Source: Gonapodya sp. JEL0774
Lineage: Eukaryota
DNA: 51,875 nt
NCBI GenBank assembly: GCA_027604505.1
Contig: JADIIX010000037.1
Location: 124,001-175,875 of the forward strand
Direction of reading: 5' to 3'
The first letter of the stretch is position 1, and every line of letters begins with the position of its first letter. Shown here piece by piece: positions 1 to 11,967 of this stretch. The notes beneath the pieces were generated by a model, which had not been told where the DNA came from, did no database searches, and was given only the letters and a program-made list of their open reading frames with translations. The position numbers and the translations under genes are program-made.

Positions 1-848
1 CGGAGACAAAAAAAATTGCGAAGGGCAAGAGAGTACGCGGAACGGACAGGAGAGGGAGCGAGCGCGGCTGGACTGGGACGGTACGAGAGTAAGGTACCGA
101 GAGGGGGTGGGTCAGAGGTGGAAGGTGTGGGGGATTCGGGATTCAGTATGGAGCGAAGGTGGAGATAGAGGTCAGTTGTTCGAGGGTGCAGATCGGACAT
201 GTGGTTCTGGAGTTGAGCAGGCCCGTATGAGAGAAGGCAGACAAATATAAAAAAAGAAGTTATGGGAGAATGAGACGACGAATCGACCGAGCAAAGAACA
301 CGAGCAAGTGAAAGAAAACACACCTCCCAAGCCTCCACCTCCCTTTGAGCCACATCCAATTCTTGGGCGGCGAGCGTCCAAGCAGCTCTTGTCCGCTTCA
401 CCCTTGCCAGTCTCCGTGCGAGCGTCTGCGTCGTTTTTTGAAACTTCTTTTGCTGAGATCGCGTATCTCGAACTGCAACGGTGGTACCGACTCTCATTTT
501 GCCCACTTGAGCACCGTTATCGCCTGCCATAGCCCCATTTGTAGCTATATTCTGTTCTCCTATTTTTCTTCGTTGGGCTAACAGTAAATCAAATCCTGGA
601 AACAAAGCGTCATCCTCCACGTACTCCGCTTCATCCCACTCATCTTCAGACGACTCAGGTGTAAGTGTCTGTGTAGCGCTACTTGAGCTCGTAGTAATGC
701 TGGGTGTGTCAGAGTCCAGTTCTTTCCCGTCTTCTCTGTTCTTGTCGCCGTAAACTTGAAATCCAAAACCGCCATCACCCGTTTTCACTGTTCCGTCTTC
801 ATGTTCCTCCCTTTCCACAATCTGCTCGCTAGTAGTATGCGAGTTCAT
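1..848 (-). CDS. Hypothetical protein, 3' end cut off by the left window edge
   Basis: ATG at 848 opens a stop-free frame (MNSHTTSEQIVERE...SSEDEWDEAEYVEDD...LARRLARVKRTRAAW...) that runs off the window, so the ORF track omits it. Probable intron GTGTGT..CTCCAG at ~323-207. No family recognised. Confidence 0.55.
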   Translation of the reverse strand, partial: MNSHTTSEQIVEREEHEDGTVKTGDGGFGFQVYGDKNREDGKELDSDTPSITTSSSSATQTLTPESSEDEWDEAEYVEDDALFPGFDLLLAQRRKIGEQNIATNGAMAGDNGAQVGKMRVGTTVAVRDTRSQQKKFQKTTQTLARRLARVKRTRAAWTLAAQELDVAQREVEAWEVCFLSLARVLCSVDSSSHSPITSFFIFVCLLSYGPAQLQNHMSDLHPRTTDLYLHLRSILNPESPTPSTSDPPPLGTLLSYRPSPAALAPSPVRSAYSLALRNFFCL

Positions 849-1014
849 TCGTGGATGGCTTCTGATTTCGAACCCAGACTCCTTTGATCAAATCGATGAC
901 ACGTGGTCCTCCGGGCAAAGTCCGCAACCACTATATTAATGAACACGAAACTGAACAGCAAATTCTTATGCAGCATCTGTGAACCAAATTAAAAGAAACT
1001 AGCAACTACGGGCT

Positions 1015-4000
1015 TCATAGCTTCGCCACCGTTTTATGCAACCCCATCTCTTCCTCGACGGTCCTCACAGCAATGGTGGTCTTTACCACAGAGTCCGGAG
1101 TAAGGGACATGGCCTGAATACCAAGCTTGACCAAGTACTCTGCAATTTCGGGATAGTCGGATGGAGCTGCCAATGGACGTCAGAACGTTAGCTAATCGCT
1201 GCAATATAGAGCATCAGAACACTTGTCCACTGACCTTGTCCACCTGTGTATGTGCAGAATATGCAATAACATTGTGAAGCTGACTGTAACTCTTCGGGAG
1301 GAAGACATGCCTCTCTGTTACTCACAGATCCCACTGTGCTTCTTGTTCCGCTTACAACCTTCCACTGCCATCTTCAGCATTGCTTTCATCCCTGGATCCC
1401 GCTCATCGAAAGATTTAGCTACAATTCCGTTCTGAATTGACATTAAGGACGATAAACGCGACCTCAGGAACATATGTTGCGTCGCTGTGCAACAGAAGGT
1501 AGAACACCTACGTCGCGATCTATTCCCAGTGTAAGCTGTGTGAGATCATTGCTCCCTATTGAGAACCCATCAAAGAGTTTGGAGAACTCGTCGATCAGAA
1601 TGACATTGTTTGGGATTTCACACACTGGGCAAGAATTATGTGGACCGGTGCCAAGATACCCCACAATGGAAGACTCTAAACTCACTAACGTAGACTTTAA
1701 GTCCATTCACTCCTCGCACGAGCCCATGCCGGGCCATGGTGTTCACCACCGCCTGACCCTCTTTCACAGTTCGACAAAACGGCACCATCACCTTCATCCA
1801 CGAAAACCGAATCGAAATTAACGTCACGACGAAATCGCTTGCACAAAATTAGACACTTTCGACTCACTATTAAGTTTGTCATACCCATGTCGTCCCTCAC
1901 TCTCTTCAATGCAGTGCATTCGAGAGCGAAACCCTCCTCGTAAGCCGCGTGCGTATATCGTGAGGCTCCGCGGAACCCAATCATCGGATTTTCTTCTACA
2001 GGTTCGAGATCTTTACCGCCAATAAGTGAGGCGTACTCTAGAGTAGGGTGATCGGAGATCGTGTCACCGGGACAACAGAACCAGTAGGTGTACACGTACC
2101 ATTTGATTTGAAGTCACTCAATCGCACGACCACATCTCTCGGCCAGAAGGCGCCGGCAATGGTAGCCACTCCCTCGCTCAGCCTTTGAACCATGTACGTG
2201 GGTCCGTCCGGGTAGTTTCTCACTAATTCCTCGATCTTTCGACGTTCCCGGACATCACGTACCCGATCGGGGTGAATGAGAGCCATTGGATGAATTTTGA
2301 TGTATTCTTGATATGGAGGGAAAGCGTGCATGTAAAGTGCTTAAAAGTTCACCGGTCGAGCTGAATACAAACCATTGATGATAAACTCCATTCTTGCAAG
2401 TCCTACCCCATCGTTAGGTATCTGTGCAGTTTTAAATGCGAGCTCTGGATTTCCAAGGTTGATCATGATCTTAGTTTTGGGACGCTTTAGAGTCGCAAGG
2501 TTGAGCCGGTCAATTTTGAATGGTACGGTCCCTGTTGGGTGGAGCAATACTTGTAGGTCTTCCTTGTGACGCAGAATCGATGAACATTCTAGAGCGAGTA
2601 CCTTCGTAGACAGATCCCGTTTCTCCACTTGAACAGTCAAGGGTCAAAATGTCGCCGGATTGAATCTTGTCAGTTCCGAATTCAGTCCCGATGACCGCAG
2701 GGATTCCCAGCTCCCTCGCGATAATAGCCGCATGACACGTCCTGCCACCTCTGTTTGCGACGATACCTGCAGCCTTTTTCATGATGGGCTCCCAGTCAGG
2801 TGTCGTATTGTCTGCGACGAGAACCTCTCCCTCTTCGAAGTTTTTGATATCCTGCTTGAGGTTTGTGATGACGCGAGCTTGCAAAAGGAGTTGGCGTGAC
2901 CGAGTCTCTTTGATTCAAAGATCCAACCCGGGAGTCCTAAGGGCATAATTAAACACACCTTTCCCGACCGAAATCTTCGTCCCTACAGCGCGCCCCTTCA
3001 CCAAAATCTTTCCTTTTCCCATAAGAGTATACGTCTCAAGGAAGGCGGAGCCACTCTGCTGGGAGTGACTGGTTTCTGGACGGGCCTTTCAACATAGTCA
3101 CAGCCCGGTTAGATTCGCATAATGAGCTGAGAGACGGTCTTGACTGCCGATTCCATGTAAAATCTACCTGCACTATGTATAACTCATTATCTGTGCCGTC
3201 AAGTGCCCATTCGATGTCCATAGGCTAAGAAAACCCGGTAAAATCGCATTGTCAAACAAACGGGTACTTTCACCTCGGCAAAACCCACCATCCACCTCCC
3301 CTTCATTTTACTGTAATAATCCTCAATCTTGATCGCGTAGTCAGCGAGAACCAATACCTGTTGATCTGTGAGACAAAACACTTGCGCACGACGGTGGGGC
3401 GTCACGAGATTTTTCACAGGTTCCTTGGCAGATTTGGAGGTATCGTACACCTAACAATCAGCAAATAAATGGCTTAGCAAAACGTAGCGTGACGCGGAAG
3501 TCGGGAGCCCACCATAGTTAGCTGTTTCCTCCCCAAAACCCTCATCATAACTGCCCGGTGACCGATTCGAAAAGTGGGTTTATGGACAAAGAATTCATCG
3601 GGATCGATAGCTCCCTGCACCACATTTTCTCCGAGGCTGACGCGATGCAGAACTAGTGAGAAAAGGGGAAAGGTGCAGCATGGGGAGACTCACCCATACG
3701 ACGCGGTGACAAACACAGCGTCCTAACGATCAAGACTCTTCACTATTGAGATTCTAAATTTTGTTTTCTTGCCAATCACGTGAGCGCACCTTGAATCCGG
3801 ATTCTGTATCCAGCGTGAACATGACACCGGCACATCCCGCATCCGAGCGAACCATTTTCATGATCCCAACGGATATACGAACTTTGAAATGATCAAAACT
3901 GCGAAGAGTTGTTACTTTCAGAGATTTAAATTATGGAGGACGCAAGTACGTACCCTTTATCAATACGATACGAGATAGCTCTATCGGTGAAAAGGCTCGC

Positions 4001-4935
4001 GCAACACCTTCTGTATGCCTCGATAACCTGCGTTTCGCCCTTGATGTTCAGGAAGGAATCATGTTGGCCCGCAAAGGAGGCGTCAGGCAAATCTTCAGCG
4101 GTTGCTTTACGGTAACAACCGCGATCAGCGTTTTGTGAAGGTGAAGGCTAAGGAGTGGTAAGATGACTCACCACTGGACCGAACAGCAACGGAGATTTCC
4201 TGGCCGTATTGATTACAAAGTTCTCGATATGCGTTGAGAATTTGAGTGTGGATCTCGGGAGTGACGCAGGCACGGTAAACTTTTGGGGAGCGTTGTGGGG
4301 TGTTTTGGTGTTGAGTTCATGACCCCACATTTCCAAGAATGTTGAAAACCGTACCAATCTGCCTGCAAGTGTCACCAATAGCTTGAATCTGACGCGCCGT
4401 TTTATTCATCTTATTGATTCCGTCTAAAAGACGGTGCAACTCTCTCCAATCCACGTCATTGAGCGCTTGAAGGTAGGCGCTGACGAGAACAGCGAACATG
4501 TGACAACATGCCAAGGGCATTAAAACCGGGTTTCACTCACTCTCCTGTAACAGCAAAGCCATTTGGAATCTTCACACCAAGAGGAACTGCATCCGTGTTG
4601 TGAATACATGATGACGAGAATGCCGTGGCTGTAGGAATGGCACGTGTGATCTTACCGAGCTGCTGAAACATTTCGCCCAATGAGGCATTCTTCCCCCCAA
4701 CAAGTGGTACATCGTTCTAGCGAAAGAGGTGTGAGTCCAAAGTAAAAGGGAGGAGAAGTGCTCGCGGTACCATAGAAAGCTCTGAAAACCATTTTACGTA
4801 TTGCGAAGAAGTCTGCTTGTGTTCTCGGGGCCCAGGATTCTGTTCGCTTTGAAGCATCCTTGTCTGCGGTGGAAATAAATTTGAGTTGAGAATTGAGGTT
4901 GAGGAGCGAACGTTGGTGAGTGGCCGATGAGTCAT
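1015..4935 (-). CDS. ppsA: Phosphoenolpyruvate synthase (pyruvate, water dikinase), bacterial type, ~21 exons
   Basis: Spliced motifs: [60 protein letters not shown]; phospho-His motif [72 protein letters not shown]. Ends LHKTVAKL* (stop 1015-1017). Start is 4935 or 4857. Confidence 0.95.
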
Positions 4936-5313
4936 GAACGAAGCTCATTATGATTTGGACGTGGGGCGCTTGTTGACAATATCCACACCTAGCGTGTCAT
5001 TATTGATCATTATGGCTTTTTCACATTTCTTCTCAATTCTTGTTCTGGAGTAGCGATTTTCGGGGGATGTCTCCCATGGTCGACGGCAGGGAATCTGCAA
5101 CCTACTGTGCAACCTCACATTATCCACGTATACCCTATCTGGATGATAGAAAAATTGCTATAAGTCGTACTTTGCCCGTAACCAATCATGGGCGCAAGCA
5201 ACCTGGACCACAGGGAATGGATTGAGGCGGTTACCCCTGCATGTAAATTATTAAATAATGCTCAACCAGAAAGAGAATTCAGGTGCATCTTTATAGTGAC
5301 AACTCTCGGATCA

Positions 5314-6370
5314 CTAGCGTCCGGCCCACCTCCCAAGAGTCACACCCGCGGCAATCCCAATAGCAACTCCAACTACCCCCATCTCCCACTTCCCCCACAC
5401 CTCTGCCGCATACTTCGTCCAATACTCAAAGTCCTTGGGCATTCCTTGCTCAACTGCCACCAAACCGTCCCACGAGAACCGATTCTTTTGGCGATGGTAG
5501 GCTGTTATGCCTTCTTCCGGATGATTGTCGCAGAATTTTCTCGTCCAGTCCTTAAGCGTAGAGCGTTCGCCGGTGTAGGTGAAGAAGGGGACGGCTGGTA
5601 CGGAAAGGTAGAGGACTAAGCTGATGTATACACTCGAAAAGGTGGAAGTTGGTGATTGTCACAGGACGTACAGTAGCCGCAACTTGAGCCGGTTTGGGTG
5701 ACGTCTGGTTGGATCCGGAAAGGAATGCAAGAGCTGCGACGGGGTGTCGCCTAAAGGATCACATACCTATAACAATTGCAGCTCTGGTACCCGGAATGTC
5801 CTGCAACTCAGGTCTGAAGAATGGGTTCCACTCATGGTGAAAACAATGACCAATAAACGCAGCAGCATCATCACCCAGTTGCATCTTCAACCCTAAACTC
5901 ACGCTACTATCTCGTTAAACTCCTTGGTGCCCTTTTCAACCACCCGCCCCATGCCCCACAAACGAACTATGTTGGGCTGCTTCTCAAACCCGGCGAACAT
6001 GACAACAATGCGCCGATTCTCTCTATAGCGAGAGCAACATGAGGTAAGTGGGTGTGAGTTGCAGCCAATAGTGAATGAAACAAACTTTAAATGTGCAATC
6101 GTTTCCGCCCCACTACCAGTCAAGTCAATCCAGTATGCCGTATGCTCGTTGACAATGCGGAATGATTCAGAGGAGCCTGTGGGTGGACGTGGAGTTGATT
6201 CTAACGTTTCCTGCTCTGTCGGAATCATTTTTGGACACACTCTGACACTCACGTGGGGAAACATTGATATGACCCTTGGCTGAGAGTGGAGCTGTTGCGA
6301 CGAAGAAAATTTTCTGTTTGGCGATAAATTCGCGGATGGATTCCGTGATCTCTGAGAGAATCGTTTGCAT
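5314..6370 (-). CDS. Pyridoxamine 5'-phosphate oxidase-like FMN-binding split-barrel protein (YLR456W-like)
   Basis: Exons give FIAKQKIFFVATAPLSAKGHINVSP, YWIDLTGSGAETIAHL|RENRRIVVMFAGFEKQPNIVRLWG, SSCGYSVPFFTYTGER and KNRFSWDGL. Hydrophobic C-terminal tail. Confidence 0.85.
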
Positions 6371-7239
6371 TCGTTCAATGATATTCATCAGCAAGGAGCG
6401 AGAGAAAAAATGCAAGAGCCCTTGACTGTACCCGGAAACTTCTGACCCATTGCCGCTGCTATTATACGAACAAGGGTGTGGGTCAGTAATCTTATGTATT
6501 GTGATTGAATGGCACGGACTGTGATGGGGATGTCACACAAGAATTTACCGTCACAGCGCCTTGACAAAGGGCCCCCAAAGGATGAGCTGACGGAATACGG
6601 AATTGAAGACTCCTCATACTCTTACTCATAAGATCACATTCCCTCAACCAACACCCTCTGAGAAGGCTCAGTTTGGGTGTACCCATTGTTCGCAACGTTC
6701 TGGACTTGCGACCAGAAACGAAGCCTCCGGCAGCCACACACACTCAAAAAACAACCTCTCCGCTGCACGGGGCTGACCTCAGAAGTTTGCCTTTGAACCA
6801 TGCCTGACTCCGAAATACTAGGGATCTGATATCCCGTGACATATATTACAATGCTCCACTCGGGCTTATTACGCGGAAAAGGCCAACCACATCGCTTCAT
6901 GAGGCTTCCCATTACTCGGGTGGTCCGGTTCACTTTCAAGTCATTTCATACGCTCATCATTACGCTCGTTCAGATACCCACGGCAATGTTCTTGAATTCT
7001 TATAGGCACTTTGAGCTCCTTCCTCCCAATTGTCAAATAACCCCGCTGTGATAAACTTTCTGGTGTTCAAATACCCCCGTTTTGATAAACATTCTGGTGT
7101 AATACAGTATGGAATACTGTGGAATACTGTGTAAAGAAGAGAGATAGTAGGAGTGATCTGGGCATCCAAATATGGAAAGTAAGGGAGCAGTCATGCCCAG
7201 CAGCACCACACCTGTTCCCATCCTCCACTCAATTATCAC

Positions 7240-7714
7240 ATGCGGGCGCACTTCATCCTAGCCCTGCTCGCTCTGTTGGCCTGCATTTATCCATCAGACG
7301 CCACCTTGCTCCAGAAGGTTTGTGAAAACTTGATGCCTTTCTCTGCCGCTGCCGTCCCAACGCTCTCTTTTCCAACTCAATCTGTTCCGTTTTTGTCCCC
7401 CCACCCCCTCTTTCCCCTCAAAGCGGCAGCAAGGTGGCTGCCAAATTGACGCTGACTGTATGGGCGGTACCTGCTTTTACTGCCCCGGTTCACCCAACCA
7501 GTGCGGTCTCTCTTGGGATCCCCAATTGTGCTCCCAGCTCAAAGCTAAGGGCAACAACGTCGTAGCAGCTGCGTCCACTGGAACGGACTGTAGTGGTAGA
7601 GGTTGCTCGAGTGGAACCTGCTATGATTGCTCGTGGGCTGGACAGGCACCTGGGACTCGAGGCTATCGTTGTGGATCGTCCTGGACTGGAGCATGCGCCA
7701 TGAGTTCTTCTTAA
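7240..7714 (+). CDS. Small secreted Cys-rich protein (2 exons)
   Basis: Signal peptide MRAHFILALLALLACIYPSDA. A KR dibasic site forms across the intron (LLQK|RQQGGC). Two Cys/Trp modules follow (CFYC..CGLSW; CYDCSWAGQAPGTRGYRCGSSWTGAC), the second nearly identical to the C-terminus of the 20244-22353 gene. Confidence 0.85.
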
Positions 7715-8368
7715 GAGAGACAAAAGCTTCGAGCTCGTCGACGGATTCGAGATTTTGGAGGAAATGAAACATCTGGAATCGGACTCTACGTTGACACTGG
7801 TGTTGCGTTTTAGTCAGATGGATCACATTAATAGTCTTTGCAGGCGACTGAGTCGTTTCTTTACGTAGTGACAAGGCTTCTCTGCTGGCGGAAAATTCTT
7901 GTCTATGTGGTGTCATTCTTTACCTGTAAAATTCCAGTCCACTTCATACGTTTTGGGTCCCTGGATCCATTTTCCAAAACCAGAACCGGAGTCAACGATT
8001 GAGTTCATATGCGTCCGAGGTAGTTCAAAAATTTATCTGCGATAAGCACATCAAATAAGTAGAGACTAAGTAGGCTGTTCACCAAATGAGGCAAGGAGTA
8101 CCCAGTTGAGACAACCGGCGAACCGAGCCCTCTGGGCAGGTTTAAAATACGAGTTCTAATCTGATACTAACGCGAGGGAGGGACGATCAAGTGGCTTGCG
8201 GTTGCTCATCTCGATTACCCAAAGTTCCCGAATCAGGCAAAGTGCCTGACGGTCAACAACAATCACGTCCATTTCGTCTGCTTCCAACTTGAGATTCTGT
8301 CGGCCTCCTCGACCGAAGAGCAAACTCCCAGTTCAATGCCCTGTCCATTGCGTACTCTTATCAATCCT

Positions 8369-11300
8369 TCATTTCCCGAGACATTCCGCCAACTGCCGTC
8401 CACCACTGTACCCAAAAACGATACCCATCAATCCACCTTCCTTGCAAAGCCCGCCGCGAGAACAAAAACAACTGCAAGGGCCGCCGCAACCACATTTACA
8501 AGGTGACCGGTGGCTGTAGTTGGTGACACCGTTAGGAGATGGGTTGGTCAGAGGGGTTCTCGTTGTTTTTGAGGTTTCTGACACAATAGAACTCACCGAA
8601 ATATGGTGCGCTGCCATTCGTCTGGGTTTGTGACATGGCGACATGTACCAAGCACAAAACAAAAGTTCATTCCATGTCAGATTTTCTCAGTTCAACTTTG
8701 GACTGATATTACTCACGAACAAAGCAGCTGCAATCACACCACCCAACGCTCCCACTGCTGCCAACACACCCGCACCCATGGCTGAGGGCGTAGCGGGCCG
8801 CTGCACATGGCAGTAGTTGGCATATATACAGGCAATCACTGAGCAGATGTCAACGGAGAATTAAGGAGTAGTCCCACAACTCGGAGCATCCACTACTCAC
8901 AACCCCAGCTGCCTGCACCGCCCAATGCCCATCCTGCAACAGCTGCTGTGACGTTAGTAGTTTTGAAACTCATGGCAACGGCCCACCCTGTCATGGCCAC
9001 GATGGCGACAAAGACTGATGCGAAGGTGGAGGACCGGTGATCAGCGTGAAAGAACGTCAGAAGCAGTGTGAGGGCTAGTGAGCCTGCCGCAGATATGGCG
9101 GGGCTGAGTTGGTGATTGGTAGACGATATTGGTAAAGGAAGGTGGTAGCTACGCGGAAAGGTGAAAAGAACCTACATCCAATGTGCCCACTCCTGGGTCA
9201 TGCCAAGCTCCAAGAACACAGTCGGACCCCAAAAGCATACCGATGCAGCGGATACGGTAGCACAGAGCAGAGAAAGGCTCAGTAGGATTGAGTGGAGGGA
9301 CTTGCGATATAAAAAGGTTAGGATTGGTGGCTGAGTTCGCAAACACCGGTCGCTACTCACCACGGTGAATCCCTCCATTACCTTCCCTGCGACTTCTCCT
9401 CCCATTCTAGGGTGCTTGAACCATCCACCTGCACCTCCTGCAGCGCCCAATCGGCGGACAACTACAAAGCGGTCTTCACGACTGAGCCAACCGTAGTCCA
9501 TCTCCGGTGTGCCAGGAAGGAGGGCATAGGCAGGAAGTGCAAGAAGGAGTGAAGGAAGAGGGAGAATAACTTCACAATGTATGTGGTGAGGGTGAGGAGA
9601 GCATGCCGACGAAGATCGGGCGACATCGAAGCACCCACCAAAAATCCACCTCCAACCAGCAAACCCCTGCACACCATCAAGCCCCTTCACTACGAAGTAT
9701 GCCACTACTGGTGCTACAATTTGTCCAACCGCAGTACCACCTCCCGCTATAACCGCAACACGACCAGCTTGCTCATGGGGGCGAAACCAAAATGAGGTGT
9801 AGTAGAGAGCGCCGGGGAGGAGGGATGACTGAAAGAGTCCATGGGACAGGGAAGCTGCAAGTAGGGAAGCTGCCCAGACACCGGCGGTAAGATCGAGGGA
9901 TTCCAGCAATTCGTCGTTTGACCCTACGCACCTTGGTTAAACGTCGCACCCTGTAAGAGCGACGTAAGACCCGTCAAGGCGACAAAACTGTTCGGGTACA
10001 GGGTTGCAATTAGGGTTGCGTGATGCGTAAAAGTTTCAGAAAACACCCACACACTGATTTGCAACCATGGCGACGTTGCCGTAGCAAATAAGGTACATGG
10101 CACGGCGAGAAATGCATCTGGTTGATGTTAATTAGCAATGGATGTATGAGTGTATTGGAACGAGTCCCAAAATTTGAATGAAAGTGCGAAGGCGATAAGG
10201 CGGAATGGAGGAATGGAAGCCACGATACCGTAAGATATAGTCAATAACTGGGACTCCAGCGATTAAGCGAAGGACACGAAGGGAAATATCGCTACCCACA
10301 TCCGAGGTACTGATGTTCGCAAGGGAGTGCCGGACCAGATATCGACGGAAGCCAGGAATCGTGGAATATATGATTGGGAGGAAATAGCAGTTTTGGTTTG
10401 ACATAAATGCAACAACTATGTGATTATTGCTGGAATTGGGGACACGAGACTCACGTAGGATGCGACAACCCAAGGGACTGAGGGTGGGAGATTTTGTAAG
10501 CAATTAAGCAATTGCCGTGCGAGAGAGTGGGGAGAAAACATAAAATTTAGGCTTCAAGCAAATCCATGAACGCGCAAAGCTTGGATCCCAGCTTGGATTT
10601 AGTTTGACTTGGATTACTCCGAGGTTTTGACTGGTATCTCCACAAGGTTCCTCGCCGAAAACATGATCTTTGGTCCCCTCCCGCACCATAATTGGACTTA
10701 CACAAATCATTCTTCTCCGGTACTACCATCGCCACCGACGAGGGATTCCCAGTATTATTAGTTGCGGATGACATCAGATCGGATGCTTGTATGAAGCCGA
10801 GCTCGACTTCAAGAGTAGGAGGACCAGGGCTAATCCGGGCGAATGCTGTGTACGGGAGCAGCGGAGTTGAGGCAGTAAGATATATATCTTTCGAGTCTTC
10901 CCGAAGTGCCAATGACGAAAAGTGGGGGACCGCCATCAAAGTTGATAAATCATATACGGCTCGATGCATGAATGGGCTTGATCCCAGCAGCATTAGGGTA
11001 GTAAAAGCTCCCTCTCATCGAATGTCGGCATGCTTAGCACATTAGAATACTCACCCAACGCAGACTGACTCATTGCAACTGCCATTGCCAAAACCAACAA
11101 CGCTCCCACAATCCGCAGATCTAACCGAGACACCAAGCCCCTCTCATACCACGGGTCAATAACTAGAGCTTGAGGTACCGATTCCTCGGTTTGCCTCATG
11201 AGTTGCAAAACTGAGGCACGAACAGAGTAGGGGCGGGCCTGCACGGATGCGGACGCAGTGCCCGCAATGGAGTGAGATCGATGGAGGAGCGCCGCCGCCG

Positions 11301-11967
11301 ATGATTCTGGAAGGCCTGACGACAGCGATTCATTCGAGACTGCGTGCTGGGGTGGAGGGTGGTTGAGGTTGTGGAGCATGGAGAGGGAGTTGGAGTGGAG
11401 AAGGGTCGGGGATGTCGGACCTGAACGAGACAAAGAGCGATGGGGAGACAGAGGAGAGTTTGGTCGGAGAGGAGAGTGAGTTGCAAGTGGGGAAAGTGGT
11501 GAGAGAGGGCGGTTCATTGAGGTTGCCGAGGGCATTGAGTGAAGAGAGTGGGAAGATTGCGTTGACCCCTCCGCCGCAACGCCAGACGACATCGCCTGTG
11601 GGCTTGAAGGGTGTGCGGAGCCTTGCGAGTGGACAGAAGCGAGCGAGTGGGCAGAATGTGCGGACCGGCCGGATAGTGACAGCTGAGAAGGACGACCAGC
11701 CAGTACAGAGGGCGGACTCAGCCCAGAAGGCGATTCTCTGCCCTGTAATCCGGAAGATCCATTGCCGGCTATCCCGCTTCCCATTGACCCCATCGAAGGC
11801 ATCGAAGGCATCCTGCCTGCTCCGAATCCTCCACCCGCTACGCCGCCGACCGTGCCATCACCCTGAAAATCCCGTCCTGAGCTACCAGAATAAGATGCGC
11901 GAGGAGGAGCGAAAGGTGCCGGCATAGGCTGGGTGGGCGAAAGTGGTGGTACTGGTGACGAAGCCAT
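8369..11967 (-). CDS. MFS transporter (allantoate permease / anion:cation symporter-like), multi-exon; 3' end approximate
   Basis: ERGLVSRLDLRIVGALLVL (TM1), LLPGALYYTSFWFRPHEQAGR, GLDGVQGFAGWRWIF, LPGTPEMDYGWLSREDR and APYF|ATGHLVN are typical of this fungal MFS family. Long S/P-rich N-terminus. Confidence 0.8.

Noticed and set aside
1015..4935. ppsA as bacterial contamination
   Set aside because: It has about 20 canonical spliceosomal introns and is contiguous with eukaryotic genes.
6492..7230. Short ORFs between the PNPOx-like and small Cys-rich genes
   Set aside because: No motifs or consistent splice pattern; likely divergent promoter or UTR sequence.
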